Assembly (NCBI GenBank): GCA_964035545.1
Contig: OZ037766.1
Span: 23,238,767 to 23,302,766 of the forward strand
DNA length: 64,000 bases
Source: Bugula neritina
Taxonomy: Eukaryota; Animalia; Bryozoa
Direction: 5' to 3'
Made by a program: the position numbers and the translations under genes. The notes beneath the pieces were generated by a model that had not been told where the DNA came from, ran no database searches, and saw only the letters and a list, made by a program, of their open reading frames with translations. How positions within the stretch are numbered: position 1 is the stretch's first letter; each line of letters begins with the position of its first letter. This document shows, piece by piece, positions 1-17,959 of the stretch.

Positions 1-1499
1 AAGCCAGTTTTTGCTAAAACTGTAAACAGTGATATTTTATCAACAAGGTTTAAAGTATTAAATTTACAAAAGGCAAGTACAGAGGTTGTCACAACTTTTT
101 TCTTACAGCTGCAGAACTACAAAAATCCTGTGGGATTGAGCATGCTCAGAACAATTTTAATAAAATTAAAAATATGACTTCAATAGCAAACTAAAACTGC
201 AATATAATATCATTATTGCCTATTAATTTTACAAATCATGATAGCTTTAGCTAAGCTAAATGACTTACAAGTAGTGAATGATGGATGATTAACACTTATA
301 CTACTAGTAGTAATACTAGTGGTAAAACTTAAAATTGAGCAAAAGATAGAAAGAAAAACCTTCAATTAAATGCAACTATATTTAAGTAATACTAATACTA
401 ATAGTAAAAAATAAAGCCTTATAGTAAAAATAGAAAAGTAAAGAACTAAAAGTAAGACATTGGAATAGGGCTAGGCAGAGATTGATAGCAGGTAAGAGGA
501 TATATTATTGTTAGGCTGTAGAACTAGATGACCAATAAAATACCCATAGTTATAGTTTGACAGTAATCAAAGGGGCTCGTTTTTGTCTCATGATGATAAT
601 AATAATGACATAAGCAAAAGAACAAGTAAAAATACAAGTAGCAAGACATGGCAATTGACTGCAAGACACAAGAGTGAAAATACCAAGTATTTGACTGAAG
701 TGATTTCAATATGTTAATGTTGGACAGTCACAATAGAAAAAGAAATAGTGGTACAGATAGTAGTGATAGCTAGTAATACAGACTAACACTATGCCTAAGG
801 TGAGTACTCCTACTGATTGAGCTGTATTAAGTTATTAACTGAACAGAAACTCAAAATTATCCTGTCTATGTGAAGAACTCCGAGCTATTGAATTCTATTT
901 AGTTTTACACCAGTCTCAGATCCAGATTAATCATTAAGATTTACTTTTACTTTTAGATATAACTATAACTATAAGTATAAGCTAAACTTGAATAATGAAT
1001 TTTGAAAGATAAGACTTACTCTTACTCTTAAAATTAATCTTATAGTTATACTATTGGTATTAGTATTACTAACATATTGATATTCACAGTGATAGTGATA
1101 CTCATACACATAACTCATAAGTCATACTCATACTGATACTCCAACTCTAAATGGTATAATAATAATTAAAAGTAAAATAGAAAAAGACTAGTCATAATTA
1201 TAATGATGAAGTGAAAATCAAACTTGTCCTTAAAAATGAAAATCTAAATGAATATTGATTTTGAATCAGAGAATAAGAATCAGAATGAGAATGATATAAA
1301 AGTAAAACTAAAAGTAAAACCAAATCAAAATGGTGTAAAAAGCTACAATACTTTAAACATAAATTTTAATATATGACTAGCATGAAAGCCATTACAGCTT
1401 ATTTTGTTTGTACCGATGCCACCATTAAATCAGAGCAATGTTGAGCTTTTCATAGTTTTACTTTTTACTTGTACTTAAAATTACACTCTGTAATTTACA

Positions 1500-1870
1500 G
1501 ACTCGCCTACGGCTACAGAGCTACGATCTCTCTAATCGAAGCAGGAAACACGTAATTTCAGGACTACATCAGCAATAAAACATCTCGATATGGATTTGAC
1601 CGTGTTTATGTTGGAGTTGTCTTAAATACGTCGACAACACGCAGCATTTCCCGCCAACCATCCTTATCAATGTCTTTTGAGCTGGTTGATCATCTCCGAG
1701 GAAACGCTTTTATTCGCCATTTTGATTTACGGTTTAATGCTTATAATCATCATTAGGTGATTTTTGCGATTGTCTGCTCATTATTGTTTACATAAAATTC
1801 CAAATTCTGTTGGCGCGTTACCCCAAAAGCCATCGTCTAATTTGGTAAACAGATAATATATCTGGTGAGT
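1500..1870. promoter_or_regulatory. Probable bidirectional promoter (DYRK1 first non-coding exon on +, unidentified leftward transcript on -)
   Basis: Local CpG-containing island in AT-rich DNA; YY1-like CGCCATTTT ~1715, E2F-like TTTCCCGCCA ~1647 and TTGGCGCG ~1810; + strand donor G|GTGAGT ~1865. Confidence 0.55.
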
Positions 1871-4800
1871 AGACGATAACATCAAATAAGTTCTAATGTG
1901 AGTAAACATGGAGAGAAGCGAGTTCTGTTCATACTCGAAGTCGATAGACTAAGAGTAAGAGTTAGGGTTAGTGTTACTGTTAGTCTTTTTAGTGTTACTG
2001 TTAGTGTAAGTCAAAATGAAAGTGAGTAACAGTTTGCGTGACTTCTTATAGTTATACTATAACTTATAAGTTATACTTATAGTTAATGTTATACTGTTAT
2101 AGATTATTACTTATTATTAGTATTACTATCAGTATCACTATCACTATGTCTATTAGTATTAGTATTACTATTATTATTAGTATTACTATTACTATTACTG
2201 TATTAGTTATATTTAATCTTATACTTATACTATACAGTAACAGTAACTCTAAGTTACCGTCTAAATCTAAAGACATTCACATACTGATACTCATAGTCAT
2301 AGTGATACTGATAGTGTGATAGTGATAATTGTACTTACAGTAAATTCCTGACAGTGACTCTAAGTATTATAGACAGTGATTAATACTAATACAGTAATAG
2401 TAATAACTATAAGTAAGACTAATGTAATAGTAATAACTATAAGTCTGTAATAGTTATTCCCCTAGAGTTAGTCGTACTCTTGCTCTTAGACTTGCACTAC
2501 ATCTACTGCCCTCAGTACCTGTTAGTGTTAGTCATTAGTCATTACTGTTAGTGTTACTGTTACTGTACTCTTACACTTACAGCTTGACTTACTTTTAGTC
2601 TTACACTTACTCTTAGTCTGAATCATTACTGATTTCTCATTAATCTTTACTACAAATAAATGAAGTATTACTATTAGTATAAGTCTAAGTGTATTATAAC
2701 TTAAACTATTAGATTTAGTGATTTATATTGTTTTGATAATTGATATTTATTTTTACTCTTCATTATATTTATTGTAATTTACTAATTATATTTGTTGATA
2801 TTAATTATTATAAATTGTTACTCATAAGTCATATCTGATAACAATAACTGATAACTCATAAGTCTAAAGGTTACACTTACTGTTGTACTTCCGACTTGTG
2901 TTTTTGAATATTACCATTATCATTATGATTATCATTCCGATCACGATTATTACTATTACAAGTGTTATAGGTTATCACTGATACTAGTACTACTATTAAT
3001 ACTATTAAATTTCATTCATACGATTAACTGTAGCCATAATTTTAATGGTAGCAATAACAATACCTTAAGCCTAGCCTTAGAATTATACTTTTTTTCTGAT
3101 AGATTGCAGTTGTTCACTTATACTTATACTTGACTTATTGTAATCGTATCAAACCTTATAATAATAGTTTATTAGTTATATTTGAAATGTACCTACACTA
3201 AAACTTGCAACACAAAAAATAACATGATACAAAATATCTAATGTTATACTAATATAAATATGAGCTTGAACTAGTGAGTATAATACTAAAAGGCAATAGT
3301 CTTGCTTACTTGTGATTAAGTCATTAACTGATAAAGCATATAACTACTCATAACAGTGATAACCTCTTAATGTTAGAGTTTGCAGAACTGTCTTAATGGA
3401 ATAGGTATTGCCATATAGTTTATACTAAAAAAAGGGAATTTATATTGATGAAATATTAATTAGTAGTTGGTGTTTTGAAAATAGTTTAAGGATAATTATT
3501 AATTATAAGAATCATATATACTATTAGCACTAAATTTAATGGTGTCAGTATGATAGCAATTAGTAGGAGTAGGAGTATCTCTCACTATGGGTGTCAGTAT
3601 ATTCATTTTACAATAATTGTAATGTTTTATAGCAATATAAATAAATTGCCTGTAACATAATGAATTACTTTGATATGTATATAATCATCACAAACATGGT
3701 CACTTTAAAAGTAATAGAATAACAGTCAAGTGTTTCAAGTAAGCCACACGTTACTTACATTTTATATTTAAAAATTGGAGACTATTATTACCATGAAATT
3801 AAAGTTCTATTTTGTAAAGTTTCTTATTGCTTGTTTTATCTACTAAATACTAATGATAGCAATTATATTTATTAATATTTGATCCTACATTCATGTACAT
3901 ATTGAGGAGCACATATCTATGATAATTGAGATATTGTAAAATGTGTATTTACATTTAGAATTATACTTGTATACTGTTACAGTGTCTGACAGTTATAATT
4001 GTAATGTTTTTATTGTTTGTAACCATAGTAGCATGAAGTACTTATAACTAACATGAAAATAATAGATATAAACTCTGTGAATATGTAATACATGTCAAGG
4101 TAAACTAGTAATTATTAGGTCAAAATAATGCTGTAATGATATATCTTGCTATTTACTTATATCAAAATTATATAAAGCAACTGAGAATATAATCTTTATT
4201 CTACGTTTTGAACTGTATAAAGCACATTAATTTACTAAATAAAAAAACGATAGAAACAATAAAATCCCAATATATTGTTATTCATCATGAAGCCAAATGG
4301 TTAAGTGAACAAGGTTTTGTAGCTGATTGAAACTATATCATTATATAATCACAGATTGATCAATTAAGTCAAAATTATATAATTAAGGTAAATTTAGTTT
4401 AGTCAATTTAAGCTATTCTAAAATCTTGCTGCCAAAGTCAGCCTATGGCATAGGACAGCGTTCTATAAAATATCAAGATTTGTCCCACGTAGTCACATAT
4501 ATTAAGTACATGTAGGCTTTAATCTTTATTTTGAATAAATTTTCTGGAAGCATCTTTCTTTATCTAACTTTTATAATGTGTTTGTTAAAAAAAGTTATGC
4601 TGGGCTTTCTCTGTGTGTGCGGCTTATTTTTCACCATTTCATGTGAGTTGCAACAGCAATTGATATTAAGAATAATGATTCATTTCTACATTTACTATAT
4701 ATTCAACAATTTCAATTGCAGGGATGTGTATTTAATTGCTGAGAAGTTGGAGTAGATCATAGTTCATAGTGATTTTGGATAGGATAGGATTGACTTGCCG

Positions 4801-6624
4801 TTGAAATAAAAATGGTAAGTAAAATTATCCAGGCAAAAACTTTTAATTTTTTACAGTTGGATATCTTTGCAACAGCTGCAGTTTGTATCTTGGCCAATCA
4901 TTAGAATGCACATCCTCTCTGCTAATTGATATAAAGTACATTTGCTTGTTCAACTGCTTTCACAGTCATTTCCCCTTAGTGGTTGTTTACTTAGTAGTTA
5001 ATAGCGCACCCATTGTAAGAAACAGCTGTTACTGTTGATATTATTGTACTTTTGCCTTCCTGCGCTGCGCTAGTAGTCGCGACTAGTTTGTACTAGTTTC
5101 ATAAGGAGACCTGGGCATTACTTCGTGTCATGTGATTGCAGCTATGGTAGCTCGTTCATTCACAATTCTTTCTCAGGAATTTAACCTTTGACTTCTTGTT
5201 TATACAAACCCTATCATATGACGTATTTCGTTGCCTGAAAGTCATTGTACAGTATTGATATACAACAGCAAATCATACAGTAAATATGCATTAGGTTATA
5301 CAACTGGCACTACAGTCATTACTACTGCTACATCAACTGCCACTGTTGTCCTATGAACTGTATTTACAGTATAATAATGAGTAGGTAAAGAGGGTCACTG
5401 GGGAAATACTGTGATGAAGTTGTGTACTATTACTCTTCTATATAATGCATATTGTAGTGTAGACTATGCATGAATTTGTCAGATATATTTTATTGATCCT
5501 GTTTTATTAATGATTCACATTACACTGAGGATTAGCGCTAAGTATATGAATCATCATCTTTATACTCTCCTACTTGCCCCTCTTAAAGACTGGCTATTAA
5601 CAGCTGTATATTGTCATCTTATACTATTGGATGCCCTTCCATCTATGACTTTAACATAGCAGGTGATTTTATGATACTTGGTTACTGTAAGTTTAAGTAG
5701 CAAAGGAAGGGTTTACATGTTTTATTTAGTAATTGGAAATGCCAATGTGTTTGAAATTGCTTAAATACAATGGTCCAGTTGGCAATGTATAATACAGGCT
5801 GCAATTGTCTTCAGTAAGAAAAAATTAAAGGAATTTTTGCCTAGGGTAGCAATTTTTGCCATTGAATTCTCTGGTATTGCAATAGTCATGAAAATATTTT
5901 TATAGCATTTTGTACATTAGGTATTAAGAAGCTTAAAACTTACTGATACTAACAAACATACTGGAAAATATCTTCTGGTATGTATGGGGACAAAAATACA
6001 TCACTTTAATTGTCTTGAATGAGGGCTGTGACTTTTTTGATGAACATACTTAGAAACCAGGTAGATTAGGTGAATGTCAATATGAAACTGTGTTAGATGG
6101 GAGAAAGTGTTTCAGTTTTACCAGACCCAAGATTTTGAGTTGAAAGTAAAAGCGAAAAGATCAAATATACTGTTTGGAAGCAAAATCAGTGTTTTCTTAT
6201 TCTATCTATGTTATGGCATTTACTTCCATGAAAAGTACAGCTTATGACTGAAATTTAATTACTTTACTCAAAAGACCTTCTAGCTATGCTAAATTTTATC
6301 AGCCCAACTAATTTGTAATATAAACATAACCTTGCTATTCGTATAAAGCCTCCTCACTCCAAAAATGTAATAGCCATGACTAATGATAAGTTCACTGTTA
6401 AAAAATTCCAGTTTTTATTCTTTAAGCTCATAACTGAAGAAGGATTTCCCCAAATTATTATGTTTTGTTATAAATACAGAAAAATTCAATGATCTGTCGA
6501 TAAAAAAACAATATCAGGTTGCAGATGGGTTTCATAAAAAATGTGGTATACATTTCATATGCATGAAAGTATAAAAAACCTGTGTAATACTAGTGAGCAA
6601 TATTGTAATTCATAACAATTGTGA

Positions 6625-10447
<3,823 letters not shown>

Positions 10448-10869
10448 TGCTGTAGAGTCTATCTCAACCATGACATGTTTTTTATAGTTTACAATGGAAA
10501 TGTGTAGTAGCTAACGTAGTACTGTATGTAAAGTTTTATTATGGTCACTGTGGTGGCGATTGTATATAGTTTGTAATATACTTGATAACAGTAAAATTTT
10601 ACGTTGATTGCATGTAATGCCTATATTGTATATTTACTAATTCTATTTTATTTCTTTATAATATTGTGTATATTTGTATAAAAATGACCGTCTACGATTG
10701 TCAATAAACCATATTATATATTGTATGTGTATGCTCAATTGCCACATCTTTACTGATGAATAATAGACATCATAATAGTATATCGGATCTAGTCAGTGGG
10801 GTAATTTTTATTCTAGAAACTCGTTCAGCATGGGTATAATATGAGGAATTTAAATCTCATATAGGGAGC

Positions 10870-11085
10870 AGCTGTGATGTAGTGGCCCAGTAAACAAAAA
10901 GGACAGTGGTTTAAATCCCAGTAAAGGCCATTAGTGGTGTACATATGTATTTATAGATAAAAAGATACATATTAAAAAGTGTTATACTGTAAAATGACTT
11001 GTAAGCACAATTGATGGAGAGGCCCTCCAAGTGTTGGAGCTGCTCAACTTGCACTCATTTACCAGAAGAAGGCTTGGACCACTAA
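10870..11085 (+). mobile_element. Degenerate tRNA-derived SINE-like fragment
   Basis: A-box-like TGTAGTGG ~10878 and B-box-like GGTTTAAATCCC ~10908, followed by a GC-richer body. Confidence 0.35.
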
Positions 11086-12050
11086 CTTACTGCACAAGTT
11101 TGTCTAATAAGCATAAATACCATGACTGAGATATTATTTTATAAAGACAACAAAAAATACAAGTGATGATGTGTGCCTCACATATAATTTTAAGCTATAA
11201 TGCAGAATTTATTTCAGCAGAATATTGTGAGCACCACTTGTTAAAATGTTCATCCATACATTAATGTAGCACTGCAATAGTAGTTGTTGGCTGAAGTATA
11301 CAGGTTAGTTTAGAGTAGGTGGTAGCGCATGCTGTACTTTAAATATCAAATATAAATGTTAAGGCAGTATAATATGTCAAGCTGTGGCACAATTGAAATC
11401 CATATAATATATAATTGTATTATTTTACATCAGTTATTGTATTGAACCAATGCATGCTTATAAAACTACTTAGTAGCAAGAGTTGACCAGTGTACTTCTT
11501 GTTGAACAAACAGCATTTTACCAACACATCACATAATATACTTATTTTTCAAGGCAAGTGGGCTTTAAATTCTAATACATTAATTTCTCAACAGCATTTA
11601 TATGTATATAATACTTGCAGCAGCTAAAGAAAATTTTTTTGAGGTTAGGAGTTTCATATCAATGGGTTCTCACAGGTATTGCAGCAGAGTCTATTGTAGC
11701 AGCAGCTTTGCATAGAGCATCTGTCATTATTAAATACCGCAGTTTAATTTATTTTCCAGTAAAATATATGCATATTATTTTGAATTTTTAGATACTATAC
11801 AGAGTGCTCAGCATATAAATATTTTGTTAATGATATAACTACATAATGTACATTACATAAAAGCAGAGACGTTGAGTCACCACTGCCAAGATGTGATAAG
11901 ACATCAAACAGTATGTGGTAAGATCCAAGAAAGTCTGTTAATGTTACTGTATAGTAAATACATAATAATTATTTTCAAGGTACCAAAATAGAATAACTCC
12001 ATAATAGTCTCAAAAAGATAAAACTGTAAAGAATTTAAGTTTCTGTAATT

Positions 12051-14077
12051 TCAAGTCATTGTAACAATCTTAGTCTTTCTCTTGTTAAACTTCTTTTTCT
12101 TGATCAATGGTTCAGCTATTTCATCTCTGCTAGGCTCCAGATCAGCGCTTGCTTGATTAGACATCGTTGAGAGTGTGTAGTTGGTAATACCTACAGCAAT
12201 GATAGTTGACTTTAGAACCTTTACTTTATATGATTTACTGCCGTAGAATTAAAATTGAATGTATATAGTTACTGAATGCTATTTACAAGTAAACTAAGAA
12301 GAGAAACCAATCAGCAATCCAGTTGCTCTTTTCACCACAAGGTATGACTGCCCTTTTCCCCCACCCTCTGATTTTTGGACTTAAAAAGCTAGTTGCCCCA
12401 AAGTGACTAGGTTAGAACCAGCAGAAAATTCCAAGGTGAATAAATTGGCAACAGAAGATGCATTTGTAAACAAAGAGCTAATTTCCCTAAGCATAGTGAG
12501 CTTTTTTTCTTTTTTGCTGCATTCTATTTGAGTTTATGCTTTGTGCAAGAGTTTTCTTACCTTGTTTCTTTTGCTTCTCAGGGCAGTCTTTACGTAGATG
12601 TCGCACAGACCCACACTCTAGACAGCATCCTCCATTCGGATAGAGTCCATGATCATTATCTGGACAGTCCTTGGATATGTGACCAGATTTCTTACAGACA
12701 AAGCAAGTGGCGTAAGAATATGCCCCTGTGAAGAGATATGAGCAACATAATATTGAAATATAACATACAAGACAGCACGCTAAACATATTATTGAAGAAA
12801 CAATATACTGCCAGCAAACTATTTAAGTGCAGTAGTGGAGAAATTTCGGTAGCCCTAGTACTTTATATATTTCGGTTTAGAGTGTGAATTAGAATTCGCA
12901 CGAAAACTTAACCTTTTTCGTTATATTTTCCATTTAGAACACAGGCTTTTCCCAATTTCTCCAGTACTGCACCTACCACCAACATATTAGGAAATTTAAA
13001 CCCAGACACAGTGGCTGTGACTTAAGAATCGATTATGCTAAACTTGATAACTTGGCGTTTTCATAGAAATAGTCCTGCTGACCTTCAATTTAAAGAATTG
13101 CCAACTAACCTTGACCTTTGGACTTGACCTTACAAAAGCGTGACATATGGTTAAGAGAACCACATTTGAAACACATTCCGGTTCCTTCTGTTTGCTTGTT
13201 ATTAAGTGGGCATTGGGAGAGTGTGTGACCTTGTTTACGGCAATTGAAACATTGCTAAAACATAAAAAATCAAAAAGATAGGGATAGAGGCAACCAGAAT
13301 AGTTAGTGAAGTAGAATATTGGTTGATATAGTATAAACAACCAACAGTAGTATGAGTCACAATCAAAACAACAAACTACTACCTTATCACTATATCGAAC
13401 TGCTATCCTTTTTAATCTTCGAGATTCTCCCTTTCTTACTCGTTTCATCTCTTTAGTAAGGTTCAATTTCTTGTTGACTTTCACATTCAATTCTGTTTGA
13501 GTGACATTTGAGGCAACTGCAAATAAAATAATAAGTTGTCTACCAGAAAACTGCAACACTTGACGGAAACGTAGGCTAAATGAATACAAACCTAAATTAA
13601 ACCTCAATAACATGCTGTAAATTTGAAGAGCTAGATTATCACAACCACACAGTTGAAAATTTGGCTCACCAAGACTCTAGAGTCTAGGAAATTGGACCAG
13701 AAAGTTTTGAATGCCATAAACAAAAATGCACCCACTTAACCAGCTAAAGTAATTTTGTGCAATGGTAAACATCTTAATATTTCATATTTATAGCTACTGC
13801 CACTAAATTTAATAGCAGTTCACTTAGCTTGATTAAAATTATTTTTCATGAATAATCTATTGATATCAATATGTAAACACAATCAGCTTAAACTCAAACT
13901 AATAAAATAATTGAATATTGAAATATTATAATTATAGCATTTACCACTGCCTTTAACTTTGGTTTTTAAAGCATTTTTTCCCTTTGAAAGAGAATTTGAA
14001 CCAGCGGACAGTTCCTTCCACGGAGTAGCATCAAGCGCTCTTTTCGCTCGTCCAGGCTTAGTAGCTGTTCGTGTCAT
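12051..14077 (-). CDS. ZCCHC9: Zinc finger CCHC domain-containing protein 9 (four zinc knuckles); exons ~14077-13945, 13517-13383, 13254-13110, 12725-12561, 12190-12051
   Basis: Spliced translation: RKGESRRLKR...QCFNCRKQGHTLSQC...GMCFKCGSLNHMSRFC...ATCFVCKKSGHISKDCPDNDHGLYPNGGCCLECGSVRHLRKDCP, matching ZCCHC9 architecture. Confidence 0.92.
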
Positions 14078-15299
14078 GGTAGAGAGAATTTGACTGTAAA
14101 CTTAAAAATGTTTGATGGATTCAATAAAGCAAGTTGTGGGCTTACGACAAATTCCAAACATACAACATATTTAAGTAGTTTTAGAGCCCACTCAAATATT
14201 AAACCAACTCATTGACGAAATAAATTAAATTATTGACATCATGACAAGGGTTTCTCTCTCTCTGTATTTTACTGATACAGAAATACAACAAGAAATATTT
14301 GCTCAAGCTTAAAATCTACATTTCACCAAAATAGCTAGGCAGCATTTGCCGAATATAATTTTGTAGAAAAATTATATAAACAATGATAATAATTGCATGT
14401 CAATTTTATGACTATCAGTAGCATTTCAAATAAAAATATCACCACAAAGTAAGTGCTTTCTTATTTTAAAAGACTATCATAATTATGAACAAAACCATGT
14501 TAATAACTTAATCATGACACTATTTACTAAGACTACCATTATGGTTATGACTGTCAGTGTCAGCTATGGACTCATGTTAATAAATATATTATTATATGTT
14601 ACAGAGTTCAACCTAGCTACTGCTGATTTAGCTCTCACTTGGTAAAACTTTTAGTTCAGTCTTTTGACTTTGAGTTCAGGATAGGTGTTAAAATTTAAAA
14701 TCCAGCCCTGAGGTGACAATGAGAAACAACAACAAGCCAACGGAAAATGTCAAACTCAAAGAGAAAATAAAATGACTATCAGTACTGCAAGTACAATGGG
14801 TATGATAATGATAGGTTGATTCACTATCACTATCACTATGAGACATGAGACTGAGTACGCAGTAGTGAGACTAAGTAGTGTCAGTGTGGTTTAAAATTAA
14901 TGATTTTAATGATTATCACATTATTATTATTGACATCATCATTATCATTATGATATTGATTATCATTATGATTAAATTTAATAATATAAATACTAATACT
15001 AATACTAATAGTAATAGTATTTAAAATACGATAATATTTAATTTTATATTATTATTATGATTATTAGTATATTCATCATTGACATTATGATCATCATAAT
15101 CATTGTGATTTAAAATTGACTTTACTCATACAATTAAATAAATTTAAATTTAATTTTAAAATTTAAAAATAAATGACAAAATTAAATCACATATTCAATA
15201 TTCATAACATTATCATAATGATAAACTTAAACTTAAAGTGATTATCATTATCATTGTGATTATCCGTTATGATTAAGTTAAAGTTTAACCCAATCGTTA

Positions 15300-15800
15300 G
15301 TGAATATAAGACACAATCATCATAAAACACGTGTAGCAGTAAATTTCTTCCCATCTAAAAATTATAAACGTCTTCCTCCCAAAAAGCTATACATTTGCTA
15401 TTCTACCTGCAGAAGTCCTCTAATTGAGTCTGTTGGAGTTGTTCCTTGATGACTGATGCCTCGCTTCATGAACGAGAAAGTCGCTAGAAGCAGCAGGGAG
15501 TTGAGGTCACTCTCAACTTGGTGCTGCTTTAAGCGTAAAAATTATTGGCTACTTGGGAATAGAGTGATGTATATTGTGCTCTTTAACCCTTTGGTCTGGA
15601 AATGCTACCAGCTCGAACATGGTCCACGTGCGCGAAGGGTTATTTCATTTATATATAAAATAATTATAAACCGTAGGGGAATCATACATAATATTTCATT
15701 GGGTTATAATATTTTTACGGTGCACGTGCACATGCGTTTAACCATAATTTGTATTTTCGCTTTAGTTGTTCTTATCTATCCAGTACTACAGTAATAGTTT
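15300..15800. promoter_or_regulatory. Probable bidirectional promoter ZCCHC9 / POP5
   Basis: CpG-containing island with three CACGTG E-boxes (~15328, 15626, 15723); minus-strand donor CAG|GTAGAA ~15405. Confidence 0.55.
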
Positions 15801-16714
15801 AAATAGATGTCCTGCTAGACTTCAATGGTTGAACTTGAAGTGATAATCGTCATCATAATGATAATCATAATGTTATTCACTTTCAGGGCCATAAATGATA
15901 AAATTAAATCAGAAGGGGGTGACGTGGAAGTTTATATTAATATTATAAATATTAATTATATTTATTATTTTATACTTATACTTATAGTTATAGTTATAGG
16001 ACTCTCTCCAACTTCGCATTATCATTATGATTAGCATTATGATTACAATGCTTCAATCGACAATAATTATATTTAAATTATAATAGTCATTAATCAATAA
16101 AATTGAATCATATTCATAATCTATATCATAATCATAATGATGATTATCATTATGATATTTATGATGATCAAGCAATATGAATATGAATATCATAATGATA
16201 ATCATTATGATTATAATTATGTTAATAAAATAAAAATCAAAATGATGGTGTTAATTGATAATCATAATCACATAATCATAATGATAATGATAATCACCCA
16301 TGATAATGAATAAATTATATTGATTATCATAACGATAATCCATAATGATCAATCGTAATGATAATCATAATGATAATGCAATACTCATACTGATACTCAT
16401 AGTCATAGTGATATACTTGGACAATAACTTATAGTTATAGTCAAACTGATTGTCATAGACTAAGACTCACTCCTAAACTGATAGAATTTAGTTTTCTATT
16501 AAATGATATTGATTAAATCATTAAATTATTAAATGACATTATGATTTTTCATTATGCTTTTTATTATAACTATAGTCTATTAGTATAAGTCTAAGTTGAA
16601 GTTATTTATAACCTTTAAGTTGAAGCAGTTGTACAAATATTTGGGTTTGATAATTCAAAATTAGATTTTCAACATTTTCATTCTGGTGAAACTTGAACAT
16701 ACAAATAGTAATAC

Positions 16715-17798
16715 TGTTGTGGAATTTCGGAGTATGCAAATTCCACTTTGTGGGTTATCGAGAACAACCAATGCAATCACTTAATTTAATGTTATTATTC
16801 GGAAGAAAGATACAAGAGTATTCTGTGAGTAGACATAGTCGTAAGTTGGTCTATTGTAGAGGCCAAACCTACTTCCTTTATTATTGTCCAAACAAAAGTA
16901 TAATTACAAATAGCAAAATAACAGTACACAATCTAAGAACACAGCGGTAACTAACTACCCTCCGACTCGCTGGGCTGGCGTGGTCACCTCCTTATATACT
17001 GAGATACGCCCATTTACAGGCTGACCAATAAGCCTAAGCTTATGAATAACACTGCGGGGCCAGCCAGCCAATCATCGTCCATCCATATGTTCATCTATAC
17101 GGAAGCTCGGAACATTCTAGATTCATCCGCGCAAACTGATACATAGCTGTCGCTTGATGATAGAAAATCTCCAAACTTGCCCAAATGACTACAAGCATTA
17201 GTCATTACAGCCACAGCTGACTTTGTGGTGATTAGTCCATGGGTTCCGGCGGACCGCGGGGAGTGTCGCATTTCACGGCGTGCCGTACGGCACAAAGGAA
17301 CATTATCGTATAGTTAACTGATGTAGTGATGAGTGAGTCCAGTTAAGTGAATGGCCATAGCGTAACTAGTACGGAACAACATACGTTCTCTCTAATAATG
17401 GTGATGCAGTCAAGCTAGGCATGCATAGTGATTCCTAGTACGTAGCTAACAGACAGCATACGTACTCTCTAATAATAGTTATCAGTCAAGCTGGACATTA
17501 ACTACTAGTACTAGCAGCCTATTATAATGATCATGCATACGCATTACACTACAGTCCATGGTCATAGCTGCCGGCAGTGTTCCATTGCCGATGGCGTGAC
17601 ATTAGTAAACTATCTACGTGACATCAGTAAACTACCTACGTGACATTAGTAAACTACCTACGTGACATTAGAGGGTTACGAATGATAGCTACCCACTAAC
17701 TACTAACCATAGCGGGTTAATTACATAGCCTTTGACAATGTGTGATTATAACTGTACGACAGGGAAATAATAATATAGATAGCCCAAAATCCACTACA
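16715..17798 (-). mobile_element. Solo LTR (Gypsy-like, ~1.08 kb) upstream of the POP5 coding region
   Basis: Termini TGTTGTGG...CCACTACA (TG...CA, 7/8 inverted match); flanks ATAC/ACAC (4-bp TSD, one mismatch); minus-strand TATA (AGTATATAAGG ~16990-17000) and AATAAA ~16878; internal 22-bp ACGTGAC repeats 17595-17670; CpG-rich relative to flanks. Confidence 0.7.
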
Positions 17799-17959
17799 AC
17801 ACAATGGCAATGCTTAACAGTAGTACTGGCAATGATAATAGAAATTACATTTATTGTTTTATTTAGTATATTTAGAAACATCTGTATTGCAGTTTATATT
17901 TTAGTAAACTCTTAAGCTAAATTTGTTCTTGGCCCAAGTTTCTGATCTTTTTTGTAGAT

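Noticed and set aside
2086-2319. Hydrophobic ITISI-rich ORF
   Set aside because: Translation by-product of the periodic first-intron tract; no coding features.
13038-13613. 191-aa ORF as an independent gene
   Set aside because: It overlaps ZCCHC9 exon 2 in frame, runs through introns, and reads exon 3 out of frame.
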